64,000 nt of DNA, from the NCBI GenBank assembly GCA_048323995.1, contig DBFELT010000005.1, positions 1,892 through 65,891 on the forward strand. Reading direction: 5' to 3'. This document shows positions 29,012 through 39,201 of the stretch, one piece after another. This stretch comes from Collinsella sp. GTDB lineage: Bacteria > Actinomycetota > Coriobacteriia > Coriobacteriales > Coriobacteriaceae. A model generated the notes under the pieces. It was not told the origin of the DNA. It was given only the letters and a program-made list of their open reading frames with translations, and did not search any database. The first letter of the stretch is position 1. The number at the start of each line of letters is the position of its first letter. The position numbers were made by a program, and so were the translations under genes.

Positions 29012-29244
29012 AGGAACTTCCCTTCTTGTGCCTCCCGGTGGGTCGCTCCCGTTAACCGACCCACGTGGTTTTTGCTGGTTATCGTATGCTTTGCATTTGC
29101 GCAGGTGAATTGCATATTTGTTAGAATGGCGTTAATCGTAGGTTTACACTGTGCGATGCAGTTTATTCTCAATTGAGCGCGTGACCTGCGAAAACAACCC
29201 CCTATGGCACCATGTGGCCACGGGCGCGAAAACGGGAGATTGAC

Positions 29245-30123
29245 GTGTACGATCGACGACTTGAGGCCATATCGGCCGCCGCGGAGCTGGGAAGCTTCTC
29301 GCGTGCGGCGGCAAAATTGCGCGTGTCGACCCCGGCGCTCGTCAAACAGGTGTCGGGATTTGAGGCCGAATTTGGTATCACGTTGTTCGAGCGCTCGCAT
29401 TCGGGTGTTAAGGTGACGCCGGCGGGCGCTCTGCTGGTGGATGACGCGCGCTCGATCATGCGGCAGTCCGAGGACGCGCTGCGCCGCGCCCGACGCGCGG
29501 CGGGCGATGGCGGTGCCGTGCGCCTGGGTGTGTCGATGATGTGCCCGGGGCGCCAAACGCTTTCGATGTGGACGGGCATCCACGATCTGGAGCCGTCGCT
29601 GCGATTTGAGATTGTGCCGGTAAGCGACCTCTACGACGAGCGCGAGACCGTCATGCGCAGCTTGGGCCGCGAGGTCGATGTGGTGCAGTCGAGTTTTTCT
29701 ACCCCACGCTGGGGCGACGCCTGCCAAAAGCTCCGCATCGTTAACGTGCCGTTTTATATCGACCTGCCGCGCACGAGTACGTTGGCGCGCAAGAATTGCA
29801 TCACGGTTGCCGACTTGGAGGGCATGCGTCTGCGCGTACTGCGTCACGGCAACGATGCCATGGACAGCCTGCGCATCGACCTGTTGGCCGACGGCGGCGT
29901 GGACGTGATCGATGTGGATAGCTTCGACTTTGCGCTCTTTAACGAGGCGGAGGAAAAGGGCGACGCGGTGCTCACCTGCGGCGCATGGTCGGGGGTGCAC
30001 CCGGCCTTTGTGGGCGTACCGTTCCTGTGCGGCCGCGAGGTGCCGGTCTTTCTGCACTACCCGCTCGAGCCCACCCTCCAAGTCCAAAAATTCGTCAACG
30101 CCATGGCACAACTTCTCAAATAG
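29245..30123 (+). CDS. LysR family transcriptional regulator, divergent from the SDR operon
   Basis: GSFSRAAAKLRVSTPALVKQV...LFERSHSGVKVTPAG. Confidence 0.88.
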   Translation: MYDRRLEAISAAAELGSFSRAAAKLRVSTPALVKQVSGFEAEFGITLFERSHSGVKVTPAGALLVDDARSIMRQSEDALRRARRAAGDGGAVRLGVSMMCPGRQTLSMWTGIHDLEPSLRFEIVPVSDLYDERETVMRSLGREVDVVQSSFSTPRWGDACQKLRIVNVPFYIDLPRTSTLARKNCITVADLEGMRLRVLRHGNDAMDSLRIDLLADGGVDVIDVDSFDFALFNEAEEKGDAVLTCGAWSGVHPAFVGVPFLCGREVPVFLHYPLEPTLQVQKFVNAMAQLLK

Positions 30124-30242
30124 CTATCGTGTCGATGATTCTTTAATCCCCGTCCTAGAAAAATCATCTGGTAGAGTTGACCTCACGTGAATTTCAGTAC
30201 ACTGCGTACTACCTGTGCTTTTGTCATTTTGGGAGTGAACTT

Positions 30243-31334
30243 GTGAATACTTCTGTCGCCAAGAAAGCCAGCCAGGCGGTGCGCCTGCTCATGATGGTGC
30301 TCACGGCAGTTCTCATCTTCTTCTTCATTAATGTTATGCTGCTCGTCTCCGATATCCAGGGCACGGCGCGTGTGGTCAACTACGCCGGTCTGGTGCGCGG
30401 CACCACGCAGCGAATCGTTAAGCTCGAGGACGCGGGCCAGCCTCAAGACGACCTGCTCAAGGCCGTGGATTCATACATCAACGGTTTGCGTTACGGAAGT
30501 GACGACCTCAACCTCGTCCGTCTCGACGACGACGAGTATCAGGCAAAGATGACCGAGCTTGCAAATTATTATGATGAGCTTTGCGCCGAGATTAGCCGCG
30601 TGCGCGAAGTCGGCTACGAGAGCACCGACATCATCTCCATGAGCGAGGAGTTCTTTGGCATTTGCGACGATGCTACGCGACTCGCAGAGGACTACTCTCA
30701 GGAGAAGGCGTCGGCGCTCAACTATCTCGAGGGCTTGGTGATCATCGACATCGTGGGCTTGGTGGCGACCTTTGCGGTCGAACTTGTTCGCGCGGTGCGC
30801 ACTGCCGCGCTCAACCGCGAGCTGCAGAGCAAAGTCTATCTCGACGAAGCCACGGGACTGCCCAACAAGAACAAGTGCGAGGAGATCTTGGGGCAGGAGC
30901 GGCCTGTCTCCGCGGAGGCGCCCGTTGCGGTGTGCGTCTTCGACCTTAACAATCTGCATACGGTCAATAACAACTTCGGCCACGAGAAGGGCGACGAATA
31001 CATCCGTTCTTTTGCCCAGCAGCTGGGGTGCGTGGCGTCCGAGACCTGCTTTGTGGGCCGCGACGGCGGCGATGAGTTTATCGCGGTGCTGTGGGATGCC
31101 GATCGGGCTGCCGTGGAGTCCTGTCTCGCTCGGGTTCGTGCGAACGTGAACGAGTATTCCGAGGCTCACCCCGACATGCCTATCAGCTATGCGGTGGGCT
31201 ATGCGCTTTCCAGTGATTTTGATGAACCGCCTACGATGCGCGAGCTCTTTTCCCAGGCCGACAAAAACATGTACATCGACAAGAACCGCGTAAAGACAGC
31301 CGAGGCAGCCGGGCCGCAACGCGAGGAACGGTAA
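30243..31334 (+). CDS. Membrane-bound diguanylate cyclase (GGDEF) with a NarX/PilJ-like sensor domain
   Basis: TM-sensor-TM layout; DEATGLPN, DLNNLHTVNNNFGHEKGD, GGDEF, ADKNMY. Confidence 0.87.
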   Translation: MNTSVAKKASQAVRLLMMVLTAVLIFFFINVMLLVSDIQGTARVVNYAGLVRGTTQRIVKLEDAGQPQDDLLKAVDSYINGLRYGSDDLNLVRLDDDEYQAKMTELANYYDELCAEISRVREVGYESTDIISMSEEFFGICDDATRLAEDYSQEKASALNYLEGLVIIDIVGLVATFAVELVRAVRTAALNRELQSKVYLDEATGLPNKNKCEEILGQERPVSAEAPVAVCVFDLNNLHTVNNNFGHEKGDEYIRSFAQQLGCVASETCFVGRDGGDEFIAVLWDADRAAVESCLARVRANVNEYSEAHPDMPISYAVGYALSSDFDEPPTMRELFSQADKNMYIDKNRVKTAEAAGPQREER

Positions 31335-31356
31335 GCCTGTGACAAAGGGCATAGAA

Positions 31357-31391
31357 AGGCCTCCGCAGCTCGTGTGGCTGCGGAGGCCTTA
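31357..31391. terminator. Bidirectional terminator-like hairpin
   Basis: aaggcctccgcagc-loop-gctgcggaggcctt between convergent genes. Confidence 0.6.
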
Positions 31392-31417
31392 TTCGTTGCG
31401 GCGCATTGTGTTTGGGT

Positions 31418-31512
31418 CGCTGAGATGAGTCGATTTGCCCCGAAAGAGGAGGGCATTGACCTTAGAGTCATGCCCGACGAATGAGCGGCAAATCGGCCAT
31501 CTCGGCGGGCCG
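31418..31512 (-). repeat. Degenerate copy of the structured dispersed element
   Basis: Minus strand reads gggcatgactctaaggtcaatgccct, matching gggcatgaccagaaggtcaatgccct of the copy at 62787; directly after a TAG stop. Confidence 0.6.
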
Positions 31513-31514
31513 AG

Positions 31515-33434
31515 CTACTCCAGCTCAAACGCTCCGGTGTACAGCTGGTAGTAATATCCGCGCTTGGCGATCAGCTCGTCGTGGTTGCCGCGCTCGATGA
31601 TGCGGCCGTGGTCCAGACAGATGATTGCGTCGGAGTTGCGCACGGTGGACAGGCGGTGCGCGATGACAAACGTCGTGCGGCCCTCCATGAGCTTGTCCAT
31701 GCCCGCCTGCACGATGGCCTCGGTGCGGGTGTCAATGCTCGACGTGGCCTCGTCCAGAATCATCGCCGGCGGATCGGCGACGGCGGCGCGTGCGATCGAG
31801 ATCAGCTGGCGCTGGCCCTGCGACAGCTGTGCGCCGTTGCCGGTGAGCATCGTGTCGTAGCCGTCGGGCAGGCGGGTGATAAAGTCGTCCGCGCCCGCGA
31901 GCTTGGCCGCCGCGATGCACTCCTCGTCGGTAGCGTCCAGGTTGCCGTAGCGGATGTTATCCATCACAGTGCCGGTGAACAGGTTCACGTCCTGTAGCAC
32001 GACGCCCAGCGAGCGGCGCAGGTCGGCCTTGCGGATCTTGTTGACGTTGATGCCGTCGTAGCGGATCTTGCCGTCGGCGATGTCGTAGAAGCGGTTGATG
32101 AGGTTGGTGATGGTCGTCTTACCGGCACCGGTGGCGCCGACAAACGCGACCTTCTGACCCGGCTTGGCGTACACGGACACGCCGTGCAGCACCTCGTGGT
32201 CGGGCGTGTAGCCAAAGTCCACGTTGTCCATGACCAGGTCGCCGCGCAGCGGCACGTACTCGATTTCGCCGGTTGCGCGGTGCGGATGTTTCCACGCCCA
32301 CATGCCGGTGTGGTGGTCGGCCTCCTCGAGCTGCCAGGTATCGGGGTTCACCTGCGCGTTGACGAGCGTCACATAGCCTTCGTCGGCTTCGGGTTCCTCG
32401 TCGATGAGCTCAAAGATGCGGTCGGCGCCGGCGAGGCCCATGACCACGGCGTTGATCTGCTGCGAGATCTGGCCGATCTGTCCGCAGAACTGCTTGGTCA
32501 TGTTGAGGAACGGCACCACGACGGCGATGGACAGTGCCATGCCTGAGATGCTCAGGTTGGGCACGCCCAGCGCCAGGAAAATGCCGCCTGCCAGTGCGAC
32601 CAGCACATAGAGCAGGTTTCCCAGGTTCATAAGGATGGGCATGAGGATGTTGGCGTACATGTTGGCCTTCTGCGAGACCTCGAAGAGCTTTTCATTGCGC
32701 TCGTCAAAATCGGCCTCGGCGGCAGACTCGTGGCAGAATGCCTTGACGACCTTCTGGCCGTTCATGACTTCCTCGATATGGCCCTCGACCACGCCGAGCT
32801 CGGTCTGCTGCGCAATAAAGAAACGCGCGGAGTTGGAGCCGAGCAGCTTGGTCATAAAGGTCATAAAGGCGACACCGGCCACAATGACCAGGCACATCCA
32901 CACGCTGTAGTACAGCATGATAAAGAATACCGTGACGATGACGATGGTCGTCATGAGCAGGTTGGGCAGCGACTGGCTGATCATCTGGCGCAGCGTGTCG
33001 ATATCGTTGGTGTAGTGGCTCATGATGTCGCCGCGCTGGTGTGTGTCGAAGTAGCGGATCGGCAAGTCCTGCATGCGGTTGAACATCTTCTCGCGCAGCT
33101 TCTCGAGCGAGCCCTGCGTGACGATGGCCATGGCGCGGTTCCAGAACAGCGAGGACAGGATGCCGACGCCGTAGATGCAGGCGAGGGTGGTCACGAGCTG
33201 TGCGATCTTGGGCTGTGCAGCTTCCCAATCGCCCGACTGCCACGATTCGCTAATAATCTGCAGGGCGCTCTGAAGGAAGGTCGCGCCGATGGAGTTGATG
33301 ATGGCGCAGAGTACCACGCCGACGACGACGAGGGGCAAAAGCACGGGGTAGAAGCCAAAGAGCGTCTTGATGAGGCGCGACATGGTGCCACCCTTGCGGT
33401 TGAGCGCGCGCTCGGCGGTCGTTGCCTTACTCAT
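31515..33434 (-). CDS. ABC exporter half-transporter (TMD+NBD)
   Basis: GATGAGKT, LSQGQRQL, ILDEATSSID, AHRLST. Confidence 0.9.
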   Translation of the reverse strand: MSKATTAERALNRKGGTMSRLIKTLFGFYPVLLPLVVVGVVLCAIINSIGATFLQSALQIISESWQSGDWEAAQPKIAQLVTTLACIYGVGILSSLFWNRAMAIVTQGSLEKLREKMFNRMQDLPIRYFDTHQRGDIMSHYTNDIDTLRQMISQSLPNLLMTTIVIVTVFFIMLYYSVWMCLVIVAGVAFMTFMTKLLGSNSARFFIAQQTELGVVEGHIEEVMNGQKVVKAFCHESAAEADFDERNEKLFEVSQKANMYANILMPILMNLGNLLYVLVALAGGIFLALGVPNLSISGMALSIAVVVPFLNMTKQFCGQIGQISQQINAVVMGLAGADRIFELIDEEPEADEGYVTLVNAQVNPDTWQLEEADHHTGMWAWKHPHRATGEIEYVPLRGDLVMDNVDFGYTPDHEVLHGVSVYAKPGQKVAFVGATGAGKTTITNLINRFYDIADGKIRYDGINVNKIRKADLRRSLGVVLQDVNLFTGTVMDNIRYGNLDATDEECIAAAKLAGADDFITRLPDGYDTMLTGNGAQLSQGQRQLISIARAAVADPPAMILDEATSSIDTRTEAIVQAGMDKLMEGRTTFVIAHRLSTVRNSDAIICLDHGRIIERGNHDELIAKRGYYYQLYTGAFELE

Positions 33435-35241
33435 GTGCCTCGCCTCCTTCCTGGGTCTGAGCTTGTGTTGCGGATACCTCGGTGTCGACTTCGACGGCCT
33501 CTTCGCCCTCGGCAGACATCTTGTTCTGCGAGGTAAAGGTCTCGCGGTAGATCTCGCTCGTCTTGAGCAGCTCATCGTGGTTGCCGATCTGCGCGATGCG
33601 GCCGCCCTCCATGACGATGATGCGGTCTGCATCCTGCACGGAGCTAATGCGCTGGGCGATGATGAGCTTGGTCGTGTTGGGCAGATAGCTTGCCAGCCCT
33701 GCGCGGATCTTGGCGTCGGTCTTGGTGTCGACGGCGCTGGTGGAGTCGTCCAGGATCAAGATCTTGGGGCGACGCAGCAGGGCACGCGCAATGCACAGGC
33801 GCTGCTTCTGACCGCCCGAGACATTGGAGCCGCCCTGCTCGATCCAGGTGTCATAGCCCTTGGGGAAGCCGTCGACAAACTCGTCGGCGCAGGCCAGATG
33901 TGCCGCCTCGCGGACCTCTTCGTCGGTGGCGTTCGGGTCGCCCCAACGCAGGTTCTCGGCAATCGTGCCGCTAAACAGCACGTTTTTCTGCAATACCATG
34001 GCCACTTGGTGGCGCAGGGCGTCCAAGTCGTAGTCGCGCACATCCACGCCGCCCACGCGCACGGTGCCTTCGGTGGCGTCGTACAGGCGGGCGATGAGGT
34101 TTACAAGCGTGGACTTGGCCGAGCCGGTGCCGCCGATGATGCCGATGGTCTCGCCGCTCTTAATGTGCAGGTCGATATCGTCGAGCGCCTGGCGCTTCGC
34201 ATGCGCGGAGTACTTAAAGCTCACGTGGTCAAAGTCGATGGAGCCGTCGGCAACCTCGAGCACGGGCTCGGCGGGATCGGCGATCGTGGGCTCGGCGGCC
34301 AACACCTCGGTAATGCGGTGTGCCGATTCGTCGGCCATGGTCACCATGACAAAGATCATCGACAACTGCATCAGACTCATCAGAATCTGGAAGCCATAGG
34401 TAAAGATCGAGGAGAGCTGGCCCACGTCGAACAGCGTTCCCTGGCTCGTGATGATGAGCTTGGAGCCCAGGTAGATGATGACGACAAACGCGCCGTTGAC
34501 GCAGATGTTCATCATGGGGTTGTTAAAGGCGAGCAGCTTCTCGGCGCGGGTGAAGTCCATCTGGACGTCGCGTGCGGCGGTCGCGAACTTCTCCTTCTCA
34601 AAGTCTTCGCGCACATAGCTCTTAACTACGCGCATGCCGGTGACGTTTTCCTCGACGGACTCGTTAAGGGCGTCGTACTTGTGGAACACGCGCGAGAAGA
34701 TGGGGCGCACCTTAAAGATGATAAAGAACAGCCCAAAGCCCAGCAGTGGAATGATGACCAGGTAGACCATGGCGACGCTGCCGCCCATGATAAATGCCAT
34801 GGTAAAGGCGAAGATCAGTACCAGCGGCGCGCGCACGGCGATACGGATGATCATCATAAAGGCCTGCTGCACGTTGTTGATATCGGTGGTCAGGCGCGTG
34901 ACGAGCGAGGAGCTCGAGAACTCATCGATGTTGGCAAAGCTGAACGTCTGGATCTTGTAGAACAGGTCGTGACGCAGGTTCTTAGCGAAGCCGCAGCTCG
35001 CATGGCTGCAGGTGACGCCGGCAGCGGCGCCAAAAGCAAGCGATGTCAGCGCGATGAGCACCAAAAAGCCCGCGGTGGGAAGCATCTCGGCCACGGTGGC
35101 GCCGTCTTTGATGGCATCGATCAGGTTGGCGGTGATAAATGGAATCAGCATCTCGCAGAGCACCTCGCCAAGCACGAGCAATGGCGTAGCAACGGTGACT
35201 TTCATATAGTCGCGGATGCTTCCCATGAGGGTTTTAATCAT
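33427..35241 (-). CDS. ABC exporter half-transporter (TMD+NBD), degenerate site
   Basis: GGTGSAKS, VSGGQKQRL, ILDDSTSAVD, AQR. Confidence 0.9.
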   Translation of the reverse strand: MIKTLMGSIRDYMKVTVATPLLVLGEVLCEMLIPFITANLIDAIKDGATVAEMLPTAGFLVLIALTSLAFGAAAGVTCSHASCGFAKNLRHDLFYKIQTFSFANIDEFSSSSLVTRLTTDINNVQQAFMMIIRIAVRAPLVLIFAFTMAFIMGGSVAMVYLVIIPLLGFGLFFIIFKVRPIFSRVFHKYDALNESVEENVTGMRVVKSYVREDFEKEKFATAARDVQMDFTRAEKLLAFNNPMMNICVNGAFVVIIYLGSKLIITSQGTLFDVGQLSSIFTYGFQILMSLMQLSMIFVMVTMADESAHRITEVLAAEPTIADPAEPVLEVADGSIDFDHVSFKYSAHAKRQALDDIDLHIKSGETIGIIGGTGSAKSTLVNLIARLYDATEGTVRVGGVDVRDYDLDALRHQVAMVLQKNVLFSGTIAENLRWGDPNATDEEVREAAHLACADEFVDGFPKGYDTWIEQGGSNVSGGQKQRLCIARALLRRPKILILDDSTSAVDTKTDAKIRAGLASYLPNTTKLIIAQRISSVQDADRIIVMEGGRIAQIGNHDELLKTSEIYRETFTSQNKMSAEGEEAVEVDTEVSATQAQTQEGGEAHE

Positions 35242-35737
35242 CCAGTTCCTCCCAGGTTACACGGATTTTCTCGAGCATTTCGGCGAGCTGCTCGCGCTCG
35301 TCGTGGGTGAGCGCGCTAAAGGCCTGCTCTCTAAAGCGGATGCGGGCCGCCTGCTCAACGCGGGCCTTTTCCCATCCCGCATCGGTCAGGCGGATGGTGA
35401 GCTGCCGACGGTCTTTGGGATTGCGACTGCGCTCGATAAGACCGCCCAGTTCGAGCTTGGACAGAATCTCGGAAAGGGACCCCGGCTTGAGGTCGAAGTG
35501 CATGCCGAGCTCCTGTTGGGACAGCTCGCCGGTCGGCTGCTTGGCGAGTAGGCAGACAATAGGCGCCTTGCCAGATATGCCGCCGCCGTGAAAATGCATG
35601 TAATGGCCGCAAAACCCCAGCCCATGGAGGATTCTCTTGGCGAGACGGTCCTCCTTGGACTGAGTCTCGGGCTCGTCTACCGGCTGCGAGGGGTCGTCGC
35701 CGGGTTCATGCGGATGGGCGTGTGGTTCAACACACAT
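35234..35737 (-). CDS. MarR family transcriptional regulator
   Basis: LSQQELG...LSKLELGGLIER...DRRQLTIRLTDAG. Confidence 0.87.
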   Translation of the reverse strand: MCVEPHAHPHEPGDDPSQPVDEPETQSKEDRLAKRILHGLGFCGHYMHFHGGGISGKAPIVCLLAKQPTGELSQQELGMHFDLKPGSLSEILSKLELGGLIERSRNPKDRRQLTIRLTDAGWEKARVEQAARIRFREQAFSALTHDEREQLAEMLEKIRVTWEELDD

Positions 35738-35758
35738 ATCTAATCTTCGCTCCTTTCT

Positions 35759-35794
35759 TTAGTTAGGTAGTGGAATTGTTTTGTGCCTAACTAA
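35759..35794. promoter_or_regulatory. Inverted repeat upstream of marR, candidate operator
   Basis: ttagttagg-N18-cctaactaa. Confidence 0.4.
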
Positions 35795-35836
35795 TCTAGG
35801 AGCATGAGAAATGAATGTCAAGGTACCAAACTAGTG

Positions 35837-35880
35837 GTTACGCGGTTTTACCAAACCGCGTAACGGCTCGACGCTGCAAA
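35837..35880 (+). repeat. 5' fragment of the structured dispersed element (TACC-loop hairpin only)
   Basis: gttacgcggttt-tacc-aaaccgcgtaac followed by ggctcgacgctgc. Confidence 0.75.
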
Positions 35881-35948
35881 CGCTCCCTGCGCTACACTTA
35901 GTCGCACTGTGGCGCTGCTGCGCCGTGCCCGAACCAAGGGAGACCCTC

Positions 35949-36773
35949 ATGAAGAACACTCAGCTGCTGCTGATCAACGATATGTGCGGCTACGGCAAGG
36001 TTGCGCTTTCCGCCATGCTGCCGGTGCTGTCGCACATGGGTTACCGTATCCACAATCTGCCGACGGCACTTGTGTCCGATACGCTCAACTATCCCAAGTT
36101 CTACATCCATGACACCACCGAGTACGTGCGCCAGAGCCTCGCCATCTGGGAGGATCTCGGCTTTGAGTTCGACGCCATCTCCACCGGCTTTATCGTGACC
36201 GAGGAAGAGACGCGCATTATTTCGGACTTCTGCCACCGTCGCGCGCAAAAGGGCACCAAGGTGTTCGTCGACCCCATCATGGGCGACAACGGCAAGCTCT
36301 ACGCCGGCGTGCCCGAGTCCACGATCGGCCTCATGCGCAGCCTGCTCGAGTGCGCCGACTATGCGGTGCCAAACTACACCGAGGCGTGCCTGCTCACCGA
36401 TACGCCCATTGCCGAGCAAATCACGCCCGATAAGGGCCGCGCTCTTGTGGATGCCGTGCGTGCCTTGGGCGCCAAGTCGGTGGTCATTACGAGCGCTGTG
36501 GTCGACGGTGCGAATGTCGTCATCGGTTACGACCATGTGGCGGGGGAGTACTTTACGATTCCCTTCGACCTGATCCCGGTCTACTTCCCGGGCACGGGCG
36601 ACACGTTCTCGGCGGTGCTCGTCGGCCGCGTTATGGCAGGTTGGAGTCTGCAGCGCGCGACGAGCGATGCCATGCGCGTGGTAGCCGAGCTTATCGAGCG
36701 CAATGCCGACCAGGAGGATAAGTCCGCCGGCCTTCCCATCGAGGCCTGCCTGGATGTGATTGACCATGAGTAA
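35949..36773 (+). CDS. Pyridoxal/pyridoxamine kinase-like protein (PfkB family)
   Basis: DMCGYGKVAL, DAISTGF, VDPIMGDNGKLY, PNYTEA, PGTGDTF. Confidence 0.85.
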   Translation: MKNTQLLLINDMCGYGKVALSAMLPVLSHMGYRIHNLPTALVSDTLNYPKFYIHDTTEYVRQSLAIWEDLGFEFDAISTGFIVTEEETRIISDFCHRRAQKGTKVFVDPIMGDNGKLYAGVPESTIGLMRSLLECADYAVPNYTEACLLTDTPIAEQITPDKGRALVDAVRALGAKSVVITSAVVDGANVVIGYDHVAGEYFTIPFDLIPVYFPGTGDTFSAVLVGRVMAGWSLQRATSDAMRVVAELIERNADQEDKSAGLPIEACLDVIDHE

Positions 36774-37095
36774 CGCCGACGAGAGCAGTACCGAGGCGGC
36801 GGGCGAGAACAAGCCGCTCGGCGCGCCGCGTGGCAAGCGTCCGCGTATTCGCATTAGCTGCGTGGACCAGCTGGGCACATGCCGCTGCCATCACGGGCAC
36901 AAGCCGGGTGACGTCTTCGACTTCGACCGCGACCGCGGCAAGATGTGCGCCATGGCCTGCCATGTGGGCTTTCCCTATATCGACATCCTGCGCTATGGCG
37001 GTACCGTGCCCGGCAACGAGCCCGGCACGGCAAAGTTCTGCTGTCCCGAGGTCGATACGTTGAACGTCTGGCTCGCCGAGATCGTCGACGAGTAG
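36766..37095 (+). CDS. TIGR04076-like Cys-rich protein
   Basis: CRCHHGHKPGDVF, MCAMA, LRYGG and FCCPE pattern. Confidence 0.65.
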   Translation: MSNADESSTEAAGENKPLGAPRGKRPRIRISCVDQLGTCRCHHGHKPGDVFDFDRDRGKMCAMACHVGFPYIDILRYGGTVPGNEPGTAKFCCPEVDTLNVWLAEIVDE

Positions 37096-37206
37096 TTGAG
37101 CGTGGATTTTCTCCCGTTTAGAGCGCGCTTGAACGCTCAAAGTGGGAGATCATCCACGCTCGTTTTATGCCGATGGCGTGGCACGTGCGTCCGCGTGCTC
37201 GCTTGC

Positions 37207-37653
37207 CTATAACTGCTCGAGCATGGCCGTGCAGCCGGCGAGCACATCGCGGTAGGTGGCATCGAAGTTGCCGGTGTACCAGGGATCGGCCACGTCGCCG
37301 GGGCGATCGGTCCAATCGAGCAGGCGCGAGATCTTGCCATCGGGGTCGCTGCCAAAAATGCGACGCAGACCTCGCGCGTTCTCGGCATCCATATAGACAA
37401 TGTGGTCCCAGTTACCATACTCTGCGCGACGCACCTGGCGGGCGCGGTGCGCAACGACGGGAATCCCGACTTCACGCAGCTTGGCAACGGTGCCACGATG
37501 CGGCGGATTGCCGATCTCCTCGGTCGACGTTGCAGCGGAATCAATGACAAACTCCGCCTCGCGTCCAGCGCGGCGCACCAGCTCGGTAAACACCGACTCA
37601 GCCATCGTCGAGCGGCAGATATTCCCATGGCAGATAAACAGTACACGTTGCAT
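37207..37653 (-). CDS. Low-molecular-weight protein-tyrosine phosphatase
   Basis: VLFICHGNICRS P-loop and DPWY. Confidence 0.92.
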   Translation of the reverse strand: MQRVLFICHGNICRSTMAESVFTELVRRAGREAEFVIDSAATSTEEIGNPPHRGTVAKLREVGIPVVAHRARQVRRAEYGNWDHIVYMDAENARGLRRIFGSDPDGKISRLLDWTDRPGDVADPWYTGNFDATYRDVLAGCTAMLEQL

Positions 37654-37698
37654 ATGCGGTTTCCTTTCGATCGCCATCATCGAGCTCGAGTATCGCAT

Positions 37699-38949
37699 CT
37701 ACGCCTGCGCCCTCGCCCGCTTGCGCTCCCAGCGAGCCAACTTAATCGTCACCAGCGTGAGCGCCCAGGCCACAAGCGAGAACACGGCACCAACCGCGCC
37801 AACGTAGGCAATGCCAGCTCCGCTTACCACGGCGCCGCCCACCGCGGTGCCAAACGAAATGCCGACATTAAACGCCATGGGTTCTACCGAGCTCGCGAGC
37901 ACCATCGACTTGGGGTGGCGGCTGCGTGCCACGTCCATAAAGTGCGTGATGCACGACACCGAGAACAGGTACATGAGCATCGCCAGGCTAAAGACAAAGA
38001 CAAGTGCGAGCGGCATGGCAGCGCCTACGGCAAACAGCCCAAACAATGCCGCCGCCTGCAGCACAAACGTCACAAGCAGCGCCTTCATGCCAAAGCGCGC
38101 ATCGATCCATCCGCCCAGGATGTTCGAGACCAGGCAGAACACGCCGTAGGCCATAAGCGTGGTACTGGCTTCGACCGTGCCCATGCCCAGCACCTGCTCA
38201 AGATAAGGCGTCACGTAGCCGTAGAACACATAGACCGACCCCACGCCAAACAAGAAGATGAGCATGCCAGTGATGATGCTCGGCTCGCGCAGCAGACCCG
38301 CCTGCTCGCGAAAGGTGGCAGGCTCGTCGGTTTGCCCGGCGCGCGGCATAAACGCCACGAGCGCTCCGCAGATCAAAACGGCAAAGGCCAGCGTGCCGTA
38401 CATGGCCACGTGCCAATCGAGCGTGTCGGCCACAAATTTGCCAATCGAGGTCACAAAGACCATCGCCACGGAAAACGCACCGTACACTACCGAGATGGCA
38501 AGCGAAGTTTGCTGCGGGGACAGAAGCTCAGGGATGTACGTCACGCCTACGGCGAGCAGTGCGCCCGAGACGGAGCCCAGGACAATGCGCGAGATAAAGA
38601 GCACCTGGAAGTTGGGCGCCAACGCCATGACCAGGTTGCCGAGCACAAAGACGATGCTGTAGCACACGAGCAGCTGGTAGCGGCGAAAACGCCCCGTGCT
38701 GAGCGCGAGCACCGGCGTCGCGATAGCGTAGACCAGTGCGAACACGCTAATAAGTTGGCCTGCGGTGGCAAGCGATACGCCGAGTTCCGTTGCCAAGTCA
38801 CTTTCGATGCCGATGACCACGAACTCGGAGCAGCCGAGCGAGAATCCCAACAGCACGAGCAGCGCCAGGCAGAGCTTGGTGCGCGCAGGGGAGAGCGCGG
38901 CGGCGGTTGACTTACTTTTAGGCGTGGTTGCGGCGATCAAGGTTGTCAC
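37699..38949 (-). CDS. MFS efflux transporter (DHA1/AraJ-like)
   Basis: SEFVVIG, AGQLISVFALVYA, about 12 TM segments; start approximate. Confidence 0.85.
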   Translation of the reverse strand: MTTLIAATTPKSKSTAAALSPARTKLCLALLVLLGFSLGCSEFVVIGIESDLATELGVSLATAGQLISVFALVYAIATPVLALSTGRFRRYQLLVCYSIVFVLGNLVMALAPNFQVLFISRIVLGSVSGALLAVGVTYIPELLSPQQTSLAISVVYGAFSVAMVFVTSIGKFVADTLDWHVAMYGTLAFAVLICGALVAFMPRAGQTDEPATFREQAGLLREPSIITGMLIFLFGVGSVYVFYGYVTPYLEQVLGMGTVEASTTLMAYGVFCLVSNILGGWIDARFGMKALLVTFVLQAAALFGLFAVGAAMPLALVFVFSLAMLMYLFSVSCITHFMDVARSRHPKSMVLASSVEPMAFNVGISFGTAVGGAVVSGAGIAYVGAVGAVFSLVAWALTLVTIKLARWERKRARAQA

Positions 38950-38997
38950 TCCAATGTCGCATTGATAAGCGGGATTCAATCCCTGCAACTCTAACAG

Positions 38998-39030
38998 AAT
39001 GTGACAAAGGGGCAGTCCCTTTGTCACATT
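38998..39030. repeat. Short REP-like palindrome
   Basis: aatgtgacaaaggggcagtccctttgtcacatt. Confidence 0.78.
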
Positions 39031-39201
39031 GCGCTGCCGGCCAGTCGCCCAAACCATCACAACATTCGATGAAAATCTCGAAAACGAGGAAAAGCGTCGA
39101 ATGTTGTGACGGTTTTCGTGTCCGGCGCGGGTGAGCTTCGGTGTCGTCTGGGGGTATAAGACTAGCGAGTGTTTATTTGCGAGGCCTAAGGGGCGCCCCG
39201 T

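Noticed and set aside
25592..29176. 1194-aa plus-strand ORF
   Set aside because: Antisense shadow of the Gfo, MFS and SDR genes. The same applies to 13521-15821, 15727-17640, 33367-35310, 43950-45779 and 58032-60068.
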